Source: a virus
DNA length: 64,000 bases
Reading direction: 5' to 3' (one strand)
IMG/VR virus record: IMGVR_UViG_3300018432_000001
Location: 78,478 to 142,477 of that record
Shown here: piece after piece, positions 29,189 to 38,377 of the stretch
How the letters are laid out: each line of letters starts with the position of its first letter
Numbering within the stretch: the stretch's first letter is position 1
Position numbers and translations under genes: made by a program
Notes under the pieces: generated by a model
Database searches by the model: none
Told to the model about the DNA's origin: nothing
Seen by the model: only the letters and a program-made list of their open reading frames with translations

Positions 29189-29397
29189 GCGGCGTCCTGT
29201 CCACGCAAGGCCGCATCGGATCGCCACTGCGGACCGTCACCTGTGGCTTCACTGATGTCAGCCAGTCGCGCCGCCTCCACGCGGAGCCGAGCCAGATCAT
29301 GCGTGAGGACGGCTTCGCTGATGTATTTGGAGGCGTTCCCCGAGGCCATGGCGATAGCCCACACGTCATCGTCAATACTGATCGTACGTCGTTTCAT
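29185..29397 (-). CDS. RHH antitoxin (putative)
   Basis: MKRRTISIDDDVW....GNASKYISEAV; TACAAT-6nt-ATG. Confidence 0.6.
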   Translation of the reverse strand: MKRRTISIDDDVWAIAMASGNASKYISEAVLTHDLARLRVEAARLADISEATGDGPQWRSDAALRGQDAA

Positions 29398-29453
29398 ATC
29401 ATGATTGTACATCAAGTCTGATGTACTCTGCTGTGGGGGTGTTCCCGGGCAGC

Positions 29454-29490
29454 AAAAAGGGGGCTGGGGTGATCCAGTCCCCAGCCCCCA
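29454..29490 (-). terminator. Intrinsic terminator
   Basis: GGGGGCTGGGG..CCCCAGCCCCC-TTTTT on the minus strand. Confidence 0.75.
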
Positions 29491-29499
29491 ACCCCAGAG

Positions 29500-30405
29500 T
29501 TAAGTTGATGCGATCTCGACGTTCGTCCAGATCGGAGCCGGGTTGGGCATGATGCCGTCCTCCGGCTTGAGCTCGTATCCCTTGTGCAGGTGGTAGTACG
29601 CGGCGAAGCCTTTCGCGGCCACATCGTCGACCGCTTCGAAGCACGGAACCACGCCGTTATCCCACCCGAACGCGGGCATCAGCCACCGGTAAGAGAGGTA
29701 GCCCACCTCCCGCCAGTGCAGATCCACGCACCCCATGAAGGAATGGGGAACGGGCCCGGGGGCGACGGCGACGTCCAGAAGCACCTCAGTGGCCATGCCG
29801 GTTGCTTCGCCTGCGCTGACCCGGATGACTAGGTCCCCGTGCGGGAAGTAGGCCACAGTGCACCCGGCCGCGAGGGCAGTGCGCCCCCGGCGCTGGCGTC
29901 TGCGCCGCAGTTCAATGATGCCTTGGTCGAGTACACCGGGGCCTTTGCTGCGGTGTCGGCCTTGCGTAGAGTGTGGGGACATCAGAACCTGAGCCTTTCG
30001 CGTAGAGGTGGTTCTGGTGGGCCGCTGCCGGATGTCGCGCCCGGCGGCGGCCATGCAATGTGATTGTCGCTCATGGCAAAACGGTAACGGTCCCGAGTGG
30101 ATCACCCAGTCAGGTAGGTCACCTGATTCCAGCCAGCGGTTCATCTCTCCTTCGACTTCGCGCACGTCGATGCCGGTGTGCATCCAGAAGTTGAAGTTGG
30201 CGATGTGGAACTTCGCGAGGAAGTGGCCTTCGCCGAAGCTGATGGGGGCGTGCGTGCCGTCGCATTCACAGCAGTGCGGCCAATGCAGGCCGTAGACCCA
30301 CATCGTCTGCAGGCCGCTGTGCGACCGGACGGTGGTCATGGCCTCGAATTGGCCGCCACCGATGGTGAACGTGCCGCCGGGTCCCCGGTGTAGTTCATCG
30401 AACAT
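29500..30405 (-). CDS. Hypothetical protein
   Basis: GGAGG RBS before MFDELHRG; long ORF. Confidence 0.55.
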   Translation of the reverse strand: MFDELHRGPGGTFTIGGGQFEAMTTVRSHSGLQTMWVYGLHWPHCCECDGTHAPISFGEGHFLAKFHIANFNFWMHTGIDVREVEGEMNRWLESGDLPDWVIHSGPLPFCHERQSHCMAAAGRDIRQRPTRTTSTRKAQVLMSPHSTQGRHRSKGPGVLDQGIIELRRRRQRRGRTALAAGCTVAYFPHGDLVIRVSAGEATGMATEVLLDVAVAPGPVPHSFMGCVDLHWREVGYLSYRWLMPAFGWDNGVVPCFEAVDDVAAKGFAAYYHLHKGYELKPEDGIMPNPAPIWTNVEIAST

Positions 30406-30502
30406 GCATCCTCCGACTCGGTGCCGTAAGCGTCTGGGCACCGACGGTCATCGTACGACAGGGGCAAGCAGATGTGTACCTCGTTCACCAATGCGATCTA
30501 CA

Positions 30503-31231
30503 TCAGCGCGGGCCCAGGGGGGAGAGGTCGATGATGCGCATCCATACGATGCCGTCGAGCGGTCCTTTGTACTCCTCGTCGAACCAGTCCAGGAACGCAC
30601 CGCCTGCGGCCATGTGGCTGGGGTCGTCCCCCACATAGACCCCCAGGCCCGGCTCGTGCACCCACTTGCCTTTCACCTGGTAGGTCCGGGAGGGACCGAA
30701 TGCGTCGACGATCGGCTTCGCCGTGGGACCGAGGTTCGCGTTGTCGCGCAGCCCATAGGTCTTGACCTGGAACTGCAGGTCGACCTTGACATACTCCAGA
30801 CCCTGAGGGAGCCGCTTGCGCTCCCCGAGCGCGATCGCATAAACGTGCTGGCGCCATTGGGACCGCAGCCGGGAGGCGACGTTGCGGTCGAGGCTCTTGT
30901 TGGAATTCAGCCACCCGCACGGGGCAGCGGGGATCTTGATCTGCCACTCACCCGGCCGCAGACTCCCCTCGACCTCACGAGGAGTCCCTCGGGTAACCAG
31001 GGCCGCCAGCCGCGTCTTGATCTTCGCCCACAGCCACCGGCGGTGATTGGGAGCCAGCTTGCGGCACAGCCTCCGGACCGGCACCTCCAGACGCTGGTCG
31101 CGGACGATGCCGTAGAACGGCTCAGCGCGCATCTCGGCATTTAGCTCAGCATCAGACTTCACCGTGAGCGCCCACGTGGCCTCCCAGGCCTCGATCTGAG
31201 CAACCAGGTCCAGGAACGCCGCCCCGTTCAC
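30503..31231 (-). CDS. RusA-like Holliday junction resolvase domain protein
   Basis: WLNSN...W, RDNANLGPTAKPIVDAF and GDD motifs. Confidence 0.65.
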   Translation of the reverse strand: MNGAAFLDLVAQIEAWEATWALTVKSDAELNAEMRAEPFYGIVRDQRLEVPVRRLCRKLAPNHRRWLWAKIKTRLAALVTRGTPREVEGSLRPGEWQIKIPAAPCGWLNSNKSLDRNVASRLRSQWRQHVYAIALGERKRLPQGLEYVKVDLQFQVKTYGLRDNANLGPTAKPIVDAFGPSRTYQVKGKWVHEPGLGVYVGDDPSHMAAGGAFLDWFDEEYKGPLDGIVWMRIIDLSPLGPR

Positions 31232-31602
31232 GGGCCCGGGACCGTGAAGCTCAGCTCGGAGACGGCCGAGAACGAGCCGTCGGCCGCGCTGATCTCGGTA
31301 CGCCGTCCCATGATCGTGCGGGGGATGTCGCACCGGTACATGAGGCCGCCAGCGAACTTGAACATGAGGTCGCACGCCACGGTGACGTAGTAGCGGGGCC
31401 AGTCGTCTTCGCGTCGGTCGATGAAGCCGTGGAAGGACAGCTGTTGTTTCCCCAGACAAGCGCCCATGTCGAGGTCGCCAATCTGATCGGCCAACGTCGC
31501 GTACTCCTTGAGCGTGCCCTCGAAGTCGTCGAAGCCCCGCTGGATATCCTCCCTCGTCGCCTCAGGGAAGGTGTAGCAGTCGTCGATGTAGATGCGCAGC
31601 AT
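31228..31602 (-). CDS. Hypothetical protein
   Basis: ORF with GTGA overlap to the next gene. Confidence 0.55.
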   Translation of the reverse strand: MLRIYIDDCYTFPEATREDIQRGFDDFEGTLKEYATLADQIGDLDMGACLGKQQLSFHGFIDRREDDWPRYYVTVACDLMFKFAGGLMYRCDIPRTIMGRRTEISAADGSFSAVSELSFTVPGP

Positions 31603-31618
31603 CGCGTATCGCTTTCCT

Positions 31619-32038
31619 TCAGGACGCAGCCGGAGCGGGGTGCTCGGGCGCCGGTGGGGTTACAGCGACCAGCACCTTGAGCGACCGGTGGTTGGTGGCG
31701 ACGACCTCGTTGTGGTCATCGCGGAACTCAGTGACCACCTTCATCGTCATCCCACCCAGGTCGGTGCCGTTGAAGAAGGTCATCGGCAGCAGCTGCAGCA
31801 GCGCGTGCGCGGAGTCGACACAGGCAGCGAGGGAGGGGTAGGGGAACGTATCGACCCGCACCCGGAACGTCAGGGCGCACCGGCCCGGGTCGGGCTCCAG
31901 CACCAGATCGCGCAGACCCCCGCGCTGCAGCGCCGGACCGCGCAGGGCCGTGACGTCGTTGACGGTCGCGTAGAACGCTTCAAGCACCCGGCGCCCCTCG
32001 GGGACGAACAGGTACGTGTGGTTGATGTGCAGTTGCAT
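31619..32038 (-). CDS. Hypothetical protein
   Basis: GAGAGG RBS; MQLHINHTY. Confidence 0.55.
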   Translation of the reverse strand: MQLHINHTYLFVPEGRRVLEAFYATVNDVTALRGPALQRGGLRDLVLEPDPGRCALTFRVRVDTFPYPSLAACVDSAHALLQLLPMTFFNGTDLGGMTMKVVTEFRDDHNEVVATNHRSLKVLVAVTPPAPEHPAPAAS

Positions 32039-32213
32039 CGGTGTGCCTCTCAATCAGGGCAGCGTCGATCTCGCGCCGGACGGCACGGGCCTCAACGCGC
32101 TTCGTGCGTCGCTTGCGGGTGGACCGGCGGCTGTCACTGCCGCCTTCACAGCAGATGCCCGCGCACAGGCGCCACCAGGCGCGGCGTCCGGGCAACGGTG
32201 CATGATCGGCCAT
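31980..32213 (-). CDS. Small basic hypothetical protein
   Basis: CxxxCC followed by RKRRTKRVEARAVRRE. Confidence 0.4.
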   Translation of the reverse strand: MADHAPLPGRRAWWRLCAGICCEGGSDSRRSTRKRRTKRVEARAVRREIDAALIERHTDATAHQPHVPVRPRGAPGA

Positions 32214-32313
32214 AGCGTTTATGATGCTGCGCCGAGCCCCTGCAGGGCGTTAGGCTGCTGCGCGTATCGGTCATCGGCCGGGCCGCAGCAGCCGAACGGG
32301 CTGCCCCGGCCGA

Positions 32314-32781
32314 TCAATCCTGCAACCACCCCAGCTGACGTGCCGTATTCTCCAGCACCCCCATCAGCTCATCGCCGATGGCGAATCGGTCCTGCTGGAT
32401 GACCAGGCTCTTAGCCAGGTCACCGTCGTCGTGACGCTGGCTGGCGGCGTACCAGTCGGCGAGCATCTCGCACAGATCCAGCAGCGTCATGCCGCGCACG
32501 CCGTCCTCGAAGTGTTCGGGGTGGTGCCGGTTGTGCGCATAGTGGTGTTCCAGGGCCGGGCCCAGTTCCGCGAGGCTGGCCTTGTACTCCTCGCTGCCGT
32601 ACGTCATGGTGCGCAGCCGTTCGGTGCAGCGATCGAACGCCGCTTTCTCCGGTTCAGCCAGCTTCGAGGCGTCGTGCGTGTAGGAGCGTTCCAGCAGATC
32701 GGCGATCATGGTCCCGAGGTAGCTTCCTACCTTCTGGCTGTGGGCCAGGGTGTCGGCGGCGCTGTCGTAGTCCTCAGGCAT
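32314..32781 (-). CDS. HD-like (DUF5662-type) protein
   Basis: HDASKL, HHYAHNRHHPEHF and EMLADW motifs. Confidence 0.75.
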   Translation of the reverse strand: MPEDYDSAADTLAHSQKVGSYLGTMIADLLERSYTHDASKLAEPEKAAFDRCTERLRTMTYGSEEYKASLAELGPALEHHYAHNRHHPEHFEDGVRGMTLLDLCEMLADWYAASQRHDDGDLAKSLVIQQDRFAIGDELMGVLENTARQLGWLQD

Positions 32782-32980
32782 CCGCTGCCGCCTCCAGCCG
32801 GGCGGCGGCTTCTTGGGCTTGTTGCACCAGTTCGGTGACCGGTGAATAGCGTACGGGCGCCAGGTGCACCACAGCGTTCATCCGGTCGCGCTGCGCGAAG
32901 TACTGTTCGGAGGCGTCCAGCGCGCGGGCGATGGCCCTCCGATCCTGGTCGCTGCCGGAGGGCTGCTCGGGTGTGTTCAC
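32774..32980 (-). CDS. Hypothetical protein
   Basis: Overlap-coupled ORF. Confidence 0.5.
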   Translation of the reverse strand: MNTPEQPSGSDQDRRAIARALDASEQYFAQRDRMNAVVHLAPVRYSPVTELVQQAQEAAARLEAAADA

Positions 32981-33264
32981 GTTAGGTCCCTTTCCCCGTC
33001 GAGGTAGTAACCGGGGAAGTATAGGACTGATTCGACGGTGCCTGGGTCAGGCTTGGCGAGGAGCGCTCGCACGCTGCCGTCAGTGCCGATGCGATCGGCC
33101 ACGAACCGGTCGAGGAAGACCTCCAGGCGGTCGTAGTCGCCGACGACGGCGGTTCCGGAGGCCGCTTCGCGGCCGGGGAGGTCGTTTTCGATCCACTCGA
33201 ACGGGCTGAGCCGCAGGCCTTCGGCGGCGGCCGAGGCGCCCAGGTGCGGCGGGAAGATGGCCAT
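32977..33264 (-). CDS. Hypothetical protein
   Basis: GAGAGG RBS; coupled to its neighbour. Confidence 0.55.
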   Translation of the reverse strand: MAIFPPHLGASAAAEGLRLSPFEWIENDLPGREAASGTAVVGDYDRLEVFLDRFVADRIGTDGSVRALLAKPDPGTVESVLYFPGYYLDGERDLT

Positions 33265-33276
33265 GGTGACTGCCTC

Positions 33277-33576
33277 TCAGGACTGCAGCATCTCCTCGCG
33301 GAGCTGCTCGACTTCGGCTTCGGTGTAACCAGTGCAGGCGAGATGCGCGGCAACGCAGCCAGCGTTGCTCCAACCCGAGTCCTTGCGGTCGTCGGGGCTG
33401 ATGCCGATCGGGACAAGCACGATGCGTCCGTCAACGGCCAGCGGTTCATCGCAGACCGGGCAGTAGTGCTCGGCGAGCGGATGCATCTTCCCGGTGTCGG
33501 GATCAGGGTCAGCGATGTTGAACAGTCGCGGTGCGATGTGGGGCCTGAAAGCGGCTGGGATGCGGACGAACAGCAT
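33277..33576 (-). CDS. Hypothetical Zn-finger-like protein
   Basis: CPVC...HLAC; GGAGG RBS. Confidence 0.55.
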   Translation of the reverse strand: MLFVRIPAAFRPHIAPRLFNIADPDPDTGKMHPLAEHYCPVCDEPLAVDGRIVLVPIGISPDDRKDSGWSNAGCVAAHLACTGYTEAEVEQLREEMLQS

Positions 33577-33625
33577 GTGCCTCCGTTCGGGCCGGGCCCC
33601 CGAGTGGGGGCCCGGCGTCTGGTTC

Positions 33626-34012
33626 TCAGTATTCGAGGCAGGCCAGGTCGACCTGCAGGCGCGCGGTGGCGTCGGCGGCGAGGCTTTCGAGGGCCATCAC
33701 CTTGCTGTCGCGGTCGGTCTTGTTGTTCGACCAGTGCTTCGCCCCGAGTCGGGCGCTGTGCAGCGCGCGCTCGAACGCGATCAGCGCGACCGCCGAGGAG
33801 CTCGCCGCAGCGAGCTGCAGGATCTCGTCGGCGATCTGGCCGCCGCGTTCGTCGCTGAGCGTACCGGTGCGGGCCGCCTCCGTCAGCGCCGCACGGTACT
33901 TCTCGACCTGGACGGCCGTGCCGTCGTGGATCGATGCCATCATGGCCTCCCGCTCGGCGTGTATCGCCAGCGGCAGACCGGTGTAAGCCTGAGCATCCGT
34001 CTCCATGCTCAT
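33626..34012 (-). CDS. Hypothetical helical protein
   Basis: GAGGAGGGAG RBS; flanked by hairpins. Confidence 0.6.
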   Translation of the reverse strand: MSMETDAQAYTGLPLAIHAEREAMMASIHDGTAVQVEKYRAALTEAARTGTLSDERGGQIADEILQLAAASSSAVALIAFERALHSARLGAKHWSNNKTDRDSKVMALESLAADATARLQVDLACLEY

Positions 34013-34145
34013 GCTCCCTCCTCTGTTGTGTTGTTTTACCTGGACAATAGGGTCTTCCCCCGCTTGTCACTCATGAAGATCCTACACATGCGGATCGGGC
34101 CCGTCATCGCAGTAACAGGCCCGATCCGTGCCGGGAGCGTCCCGC

Positions 34146-34679
34146 TCACCTCATGGCGTTGCGGTGGGCTTGGCGGTTGATCCAGCGCAGGGCTGACTCA
34201 GCGTCGAGGAAGAGGATGCGGTCCTCTGTGGGGTGCAGGACCGCTTCGAGGTCGCCTTCGTTGACCTGGTGGAGGACTTGGGTGGCGTTCATGCCGGTCA
34301 TGGCGGCGAGTTGGTCGGCGGTGGGGTCACCGATGAAGCGGATCTCTCGGCGGGCTCGCCGCCTCGGGCCTGGTGGTGAGCCGTCCATCCCGTGTTTGAG
34401 AAATCTCTTGATGCGCCATTTCGGGTACTCGTAGATGATCTGCTCGCGACCGGCGACGATCTTGCGGCCCCGTTCGCGCCGGGCGTCCTTGAGCCCGCAG
34501 GCGTTGGCGTTGGCCCCCTTCTGCAGGGTGTCGCGGCTGTACCAGCCGAGGCTGCGGTCGGCGGCGAACTCCTGAGGAGTCAGCCACTCCTCTTCGAGGA
34601 GGTCGCGCGCGGCGGCGACCTCGGGTGGAATTTCGATGCGGGTCTCCGGTCGCTGGGAAGCGGTAACAGTGCTGCTCAT
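34146..34679 (-). CDS. Putative double-HTH DNA-binding protein
   Basis: WLTPQEFA and PTADQLAAMTGMNATQVLHQVNEGDLEA; TAGACT-7nt-ATG. Confidence 0.55.
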   Translation of the reverse strand: MSSTVTASQRPETRIEIPPEVAAARDLLEEEWLTPQEFAADRSLGWYSRDTLQKGANANACGLKDARRERGRKIVAGREQIIYEYPKWRIKRFLKHGMDGSPPGPRRRARREIRFIGDPTADQLAAMTGMNATQVLHQVNEGDLEAVLHPTEDRILFLDAESALRWINRQAHRNAMR

Positions 34680-34754
34680 ATCGGCGAGTCTAGCCCGCGC
34701 AGATGGCAACGGCCCCTTCACAAAAGGAGACAAAACACCCACGAAGGCTGTGAC

Positions 34755-34901
34755 ATGATGAGATCTATGAACCGTATTGGGCTGTTTTGCAGGATAGCGT
34801 GGTCGCTCATCGGCGCCATGGTCGGCATCCTCACCGTCACCGTTATCATCGGCCTCGCCCTGGCGTTCGCAACTGCCGCTTTGGCCACCATGCTTGGTTA
34901 A
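34755..34901 (+). CDS. Small membrane protein
   Basis: Long hydrophobic stretch; divergent orientation. Confidence 0.45.
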   Translation: MMRSMNRIGLFCRIAWSLIGAMVGILTVTVIIGLALAFATAALATMLG

Positions 34902-35045
34902 ACTCCGCGCGTGGGACAACACAGCCAGAAACCGTCACCGTATCCAATCAGCGACCGGCTTCGCCTTCGCCACCGGCTGCGCCTGCGCATCCCCAGCGGC
35001 ACCGAAGTACCCCTGGGCATCTTGGTCCTCACCTCGGTGATCGGC

Positions 35046-35453
35046 CTACTGCTGGGCTTCCTGCTGGGCCTGCTGATATGACCACCGCCGCGCCCACCAG
35101 TCGACGGCCGCGCCCACCCCCAGCACCGACCCGATGTAGGTGGCGCCGACAGCGCCCACGCCCCACCAGAAGGGCAGCAGCGGCGGCGCTACTACATCGA
35201 CCAGGAGCACCGGCGGTGCGACGATCATCGCGCCCCAGGTGCCCACGCGCCACTGCAGCCACCCGTCCACGACCGGGTTCGGTTCCCGGAACGCCAGCGG
35301 CGTGCACGCCATGGCCACCAACACGGGAGCCGACCACGTCGGGAATCCCGCTGCCGCCAGCAGATGGGCGGCGCACGAGGTGCCCAGGCTGATGGCGAAC
35401 AGCACCATCAGCATGATCAGAAACCAGTTGTGCGCCTTCGTCTTTTTCGCCAC
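35046..35453 (-). CDS. Membrane protein (about four TM helices)
   Basis: AAGAGG RBS; hydrophobic segments; follows the sulfotransferase. Confidence 0.6.
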   Translation of the reverse strand: MAKKTKAHNWFLIMLMVLFAISLGTSCAAHLLAAAGFPTWSAPVLVAMACTPLAFREPNPVVDGWLQWRVGTWGAMIVAPPVLLVDVVAPPLLPFWWGVGAVGATYIGSVLGVGAAVDWWARRWSYQQAQQEAQQ

Positions 35454-35469
35454 GGTGTTCCTCTTCCTC

Positions 35470-36723
35470 TTAGGCGTTGAACGTGCGCACCATGCCCATG
35501 TAGTCACCGAACGCACGGTCGATCTGCTGGTCGTCGATGCCGTAGCGGGCGTGCCCGTATTCGTGTCGGCGTCCCTTGCCGTCCCTGGGGCGCTCCAAGG
35601 CCGTGTTCAACCGGTCGGCCTCGGCGTCGTCCCATTCGAGCCCGAGCCGCCGGTACAGCGCGGCCACCTCCTCGTGCGGGTCGGCCATGAGGCGGGCGTA
35701 GGGCAGATCGACGAACGCCGCCGCCCCGTGCTTCGCCCGGGGCCGCTCGCCGCCGGTCAGCGCCGCGCGGTCGTTGCGCGCCTTCTCGATACCGTACGAC
35801 AGCACCTGCAGCCACGACTGGCCGATGTCGCGGGGCTGAACCTTGTGGGCGAACATGTGGAGGTGGTGCAGACTCTCGGCCATCGAACACATCGACCCGA
35901 ACACGGTCACCGGGTCCCGGTGAGTCCACACCACCTGCGCATCCGGGAAGACCTCGAAGATCTCCGGGAGATGGTAGAGGTTGCCGGGGTGCTTGAGCAC
36001 CCACCGCCGCTGCGGCTGACCGTACGAGAGCACCTGCAGCGCCTGCTTGACGAACCGCCAGTCCGCTCCGGCGTCGTAGTCGCCGGTGAGGTAGCGCCAA
36101 TAGCCCGGCATCGGCGCCGTCCCCAGGTCCATGATCGAGTGGTCGAGGAGGAACGCGTTCTCCTCCACCGCCAGGGGGTCGTCGATGCGGTGGATGAGGT
36201 CCCAGTCGGGCGAGAACTTCAGATGGGCCCGCAGGGTGCGCCGCACCCGCCGCTGCACCTTCGCCTCCTCCGCGCGCGTGCGCGAGCCCGGCACCGCCAT
36301 GTCGAACATCTCCCACAGCTCTGGCCCCCGGCAGCCCTTCGCCCAGGACAGGACGTTGTGCGACAGCGTCGTCCCCGTGCGCGGCAGCCCCACGACGATG
36401 ATCGGCGCCTGGACGAGCACATCGACGAGCTCGGGATGGGCGGCGTGGAGCTTGGCCACGCGCTTGCGGTTGCCCATCCGGTGGGCGGTGGTCTCCAGTG
36501 CGATCCGCCAGCCCAGCCCAGACAGGCCGTCGGTGGCGGCGTAGGCCCGCAGACGCCGCCGGTAGCCCTCGGCCACCGGTTCCTCCAGGAAGGCGAAGCC
36601 GTCCATCTCCCGGCGCATCTTCGTGTACATGCGCTCGAAGGCGCGGTCGGGGTCGCTGCGTTGGAGCAGGAGGGGGGCGGTGGCGATCTGGCCTGCATAG
36701 AGCAGGGCAGAGGTGCGTTGCAT
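35470..36723 (-). CDS. PAPS-dependent sulfotransferase (Sulfotransfer_3 type)
   Basis: PIIVVGLPRTGTTL (5'-PSB loop), RWVLKHP, FPDAQVVWTHRDP...S; AAGGAG RBS. Confidence 0.9.
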   Translation of the reverse strand: MQRTSALLYAGQIATAPLLLQRSDPDRAFERMYTKMRREMDGFAFLEEPVAEGYRRRLRAYAATDGLSGLGWRIALETTAHRMGNRKRVAKLHAAHPELVDVLVQAPIIVVGLPRTGTTLSHNVLSWAKGCRGPELWEMFDMAVPGSRTRAEEAKVQRRVRRTLRAHLKFSPDWDLIHRIDDPLAVEENAFLLDHSIMDLGTAPMPGYWRYLTGDYDAGADWRFVKQALQVLSYGQPQRRWVLKHPGNLYHLPEIFEVFPDAQVVWTHRDPVTVFGSMCSMAESLHHLHMFAHKVQPRDIGQSWLQVLSYGIEKARNDRAALTGGERPRAKHGAAAFVDLPYARLMADPHEEVAALYRRLGLEWDDAEADRLNTALERPRDGKGRRHEYGHARYGIDDQQIDRAFGDYMGMVRTFNA

Positions 36724-36879
36724 CAAGGGGGTCTCCTTCGGGTGATAGGCCGGGGAAGCGGCCGGTGAGGTGGGGAAATGACAGTGGCCGGAGGTCCCCC
36801 TCCGGCCACTTATCCCCATCTGACACCAGGTCAGATCCTTCCTCCTTGCGGACTCAGCGTAGCAGAGCGCGTGGAGTGT

Positions 36880-37341
36880 TCACTTTGTGTGCCAACGGTT
36901 CAGCTGGCCGCACCAGCATGGCTGCAACTTGGCGACGAGGCGCCCGGTGTTGCGGCGGTGGATGGAGGCGGCGACGTGCGTGCCGTGCTCGTCGATGACG
37001 GCCGACGCCAGGTGCTCGGTGCCCACCGCTGACTTCCGAGCCCAGATGCGCAACGCCTGCATGGTCGCGTCGCCGAGCATGACCGTCATCTCCACTGGCT
37101 GGCGCTCGTAGGTCTGGGGGTGGTGGAAGGTGGCGACGCCCTCCATGCGGGGGACGGTGTCGGCTTCAGAGCGCGGCCACGTCGCCGGATTGCGGCTCCA
37201 CCGCTCGATCCAGACCACCGCCATCTCCTCGCGGGTGTCGGCGTACCCCAGATTGCACATCTCGTCGAGGGCGATGGCGGCATCGTTGCCCACGCGCAGT
37301 GGCACGGGCGGGAGATGCTGTTCAGCCGGTGTAGGTTCCAC
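36880..37341 (-). CDS. Hypothetical protein, possibly tandem RHH
   Basis: GGGAGG RBS before GTG; two strand-helix-helix-like segments. Confidence 0.5.
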   Translation of the reverse strand: MEPTPAEQHLPPVPLRVGNDAAIALDEMCNLGYADTREEMAVVWIERWSRNPATWPRSEADTVPRMEGVATFHHPQTYERQPVEMTVMLGDATMQALRIWARKSAVGTEHLASAVIDEHGTHVAASIHRRNTGRLVAKLQPCWCGQLNRWHTK

Positions 37342-37491
37342 GGCGCGCCTCCCTTCGGTACCGCAGCGGGAAGGGGCGGATGTCGGTGCCGAGCAATGCA
37401 TATGACATGGCAACCCGTTCTCATCGCATGACGGATACGTTGCGAGCCGGACTCGGCTTTTCGCTGCTGGGCGTGTAGGCTGATCGCAAGC

Positions 37492-37523
37492 AAAAAGAAA
37501 GCCGGGGACGGTACTCCCCGGCT
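37492..37523 (-). terminator. Intrinsic terminator
   Basis: AGCCGGGGA..TCCCCGGCT-TTCTTTTT. Confidence 0.7.
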
Positions 37524-37625
37524 GGTTGGTTGTAGCAAACAAACCGGAGCCGACTCTACCGGAAACGAGAGTACCTCGTCAAATCCGTAGGGCGTGTCCG
37601 GTGTCACCGAAAGGACATGATGCCC

Positions 37626-38042
37626 TCACGCCGCCTCCGGGCCGCCGATCCCCATCGCCTCGCACCACTCGCGGTGGCGCTGCACCACGGTGAAGTCCAG
37701 GACGTACCAGCCCTTCCCTGCGCGGCGCACCATCTCCTCGGGCGCGACCGCCTCCTTACCCCCGCACAGGGCCTTGAACAGGATCTGGTCCCACGTGCCC
37801 TCGATGTCGACGGCATTCGGGTCGTGGCGCGCTGCGCAGCCGGGGATGGTGCCGATGACCGGGTGGAAGCACGAGGCGTCGACCTTGATGACCGCCCCAC
37901 CGGGCGGGCGTCCGTTGAACGTCAGCAGCAGATGCGCTCCCGGCTCCAGCTTCGGCAGCCAGTTGCGCAGTATCCCCGGCACCACCATCGACGTCTTCTC
38001 GCCTTTGCAGACCGCGACGGCCGACCGGCGTCCCATGGCCAT
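37626..38042 (-). CDS. Hypothetical protein divergent from rep (start uncertain)
   Basis: C-terminal part of the ORF reads as a plausible globular protein. Confidence 0.45.
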   Translation of the reverse strand: MAMGRRSAVAVCKGEKTSMVVPGILRNWLPKLEPGAHLLLTFNGRPPGGAVIKVDASCFHPVIGTIPGCAARHDPNAVDIEGTWDQILFKALCGGKEAVAPEEMVRRAGKGWYVLDFTVVQRHREWCEAMGIGGPEAA

Positions 38043-38377
38043 GCCCCGCAACTGCGGATTACTCCATACCGGCGGCGGGTGCTGAACGGTACCCATGTGT
38101 TGCAAGCTCACTTTCCCATAGTAGCGTCTAGTCACTGCTGTACTACTCATCGAAACAGACGAGGAGTCGTTATGTTCTACTAACGTGTACTGTGTCCGTA
38201 TTAGACCGATTTCAAGCAAAACTAAAGGCCGGGAACTCCTACATTCCCGGCCCTGAAACTCACCGCGCAAGGACCAACACACACGGGTAGCTAATGCTGT
38301 ACGGCTCCCAGGGTACCGGAGGCGAGCAATGCTCGTCAACCGGATCAGGTCGTTGGCGCGGTGGAAAGGACCACACC

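Noticed and set aside
25344-34679. Integration module implied by excisionase-like HTH genes
   Set aside because: No tyrosine or serine integrase motifs in the window
6225-34735. Recurring GTC-N2-4-TTTT words in intergenic regions (~6225, 7155, 7255, 24244, 24824, 28865, 34720) as an operator
   Set aside because: Variable spacing and short length; cannot be separated from chance without a motif-enrichment test
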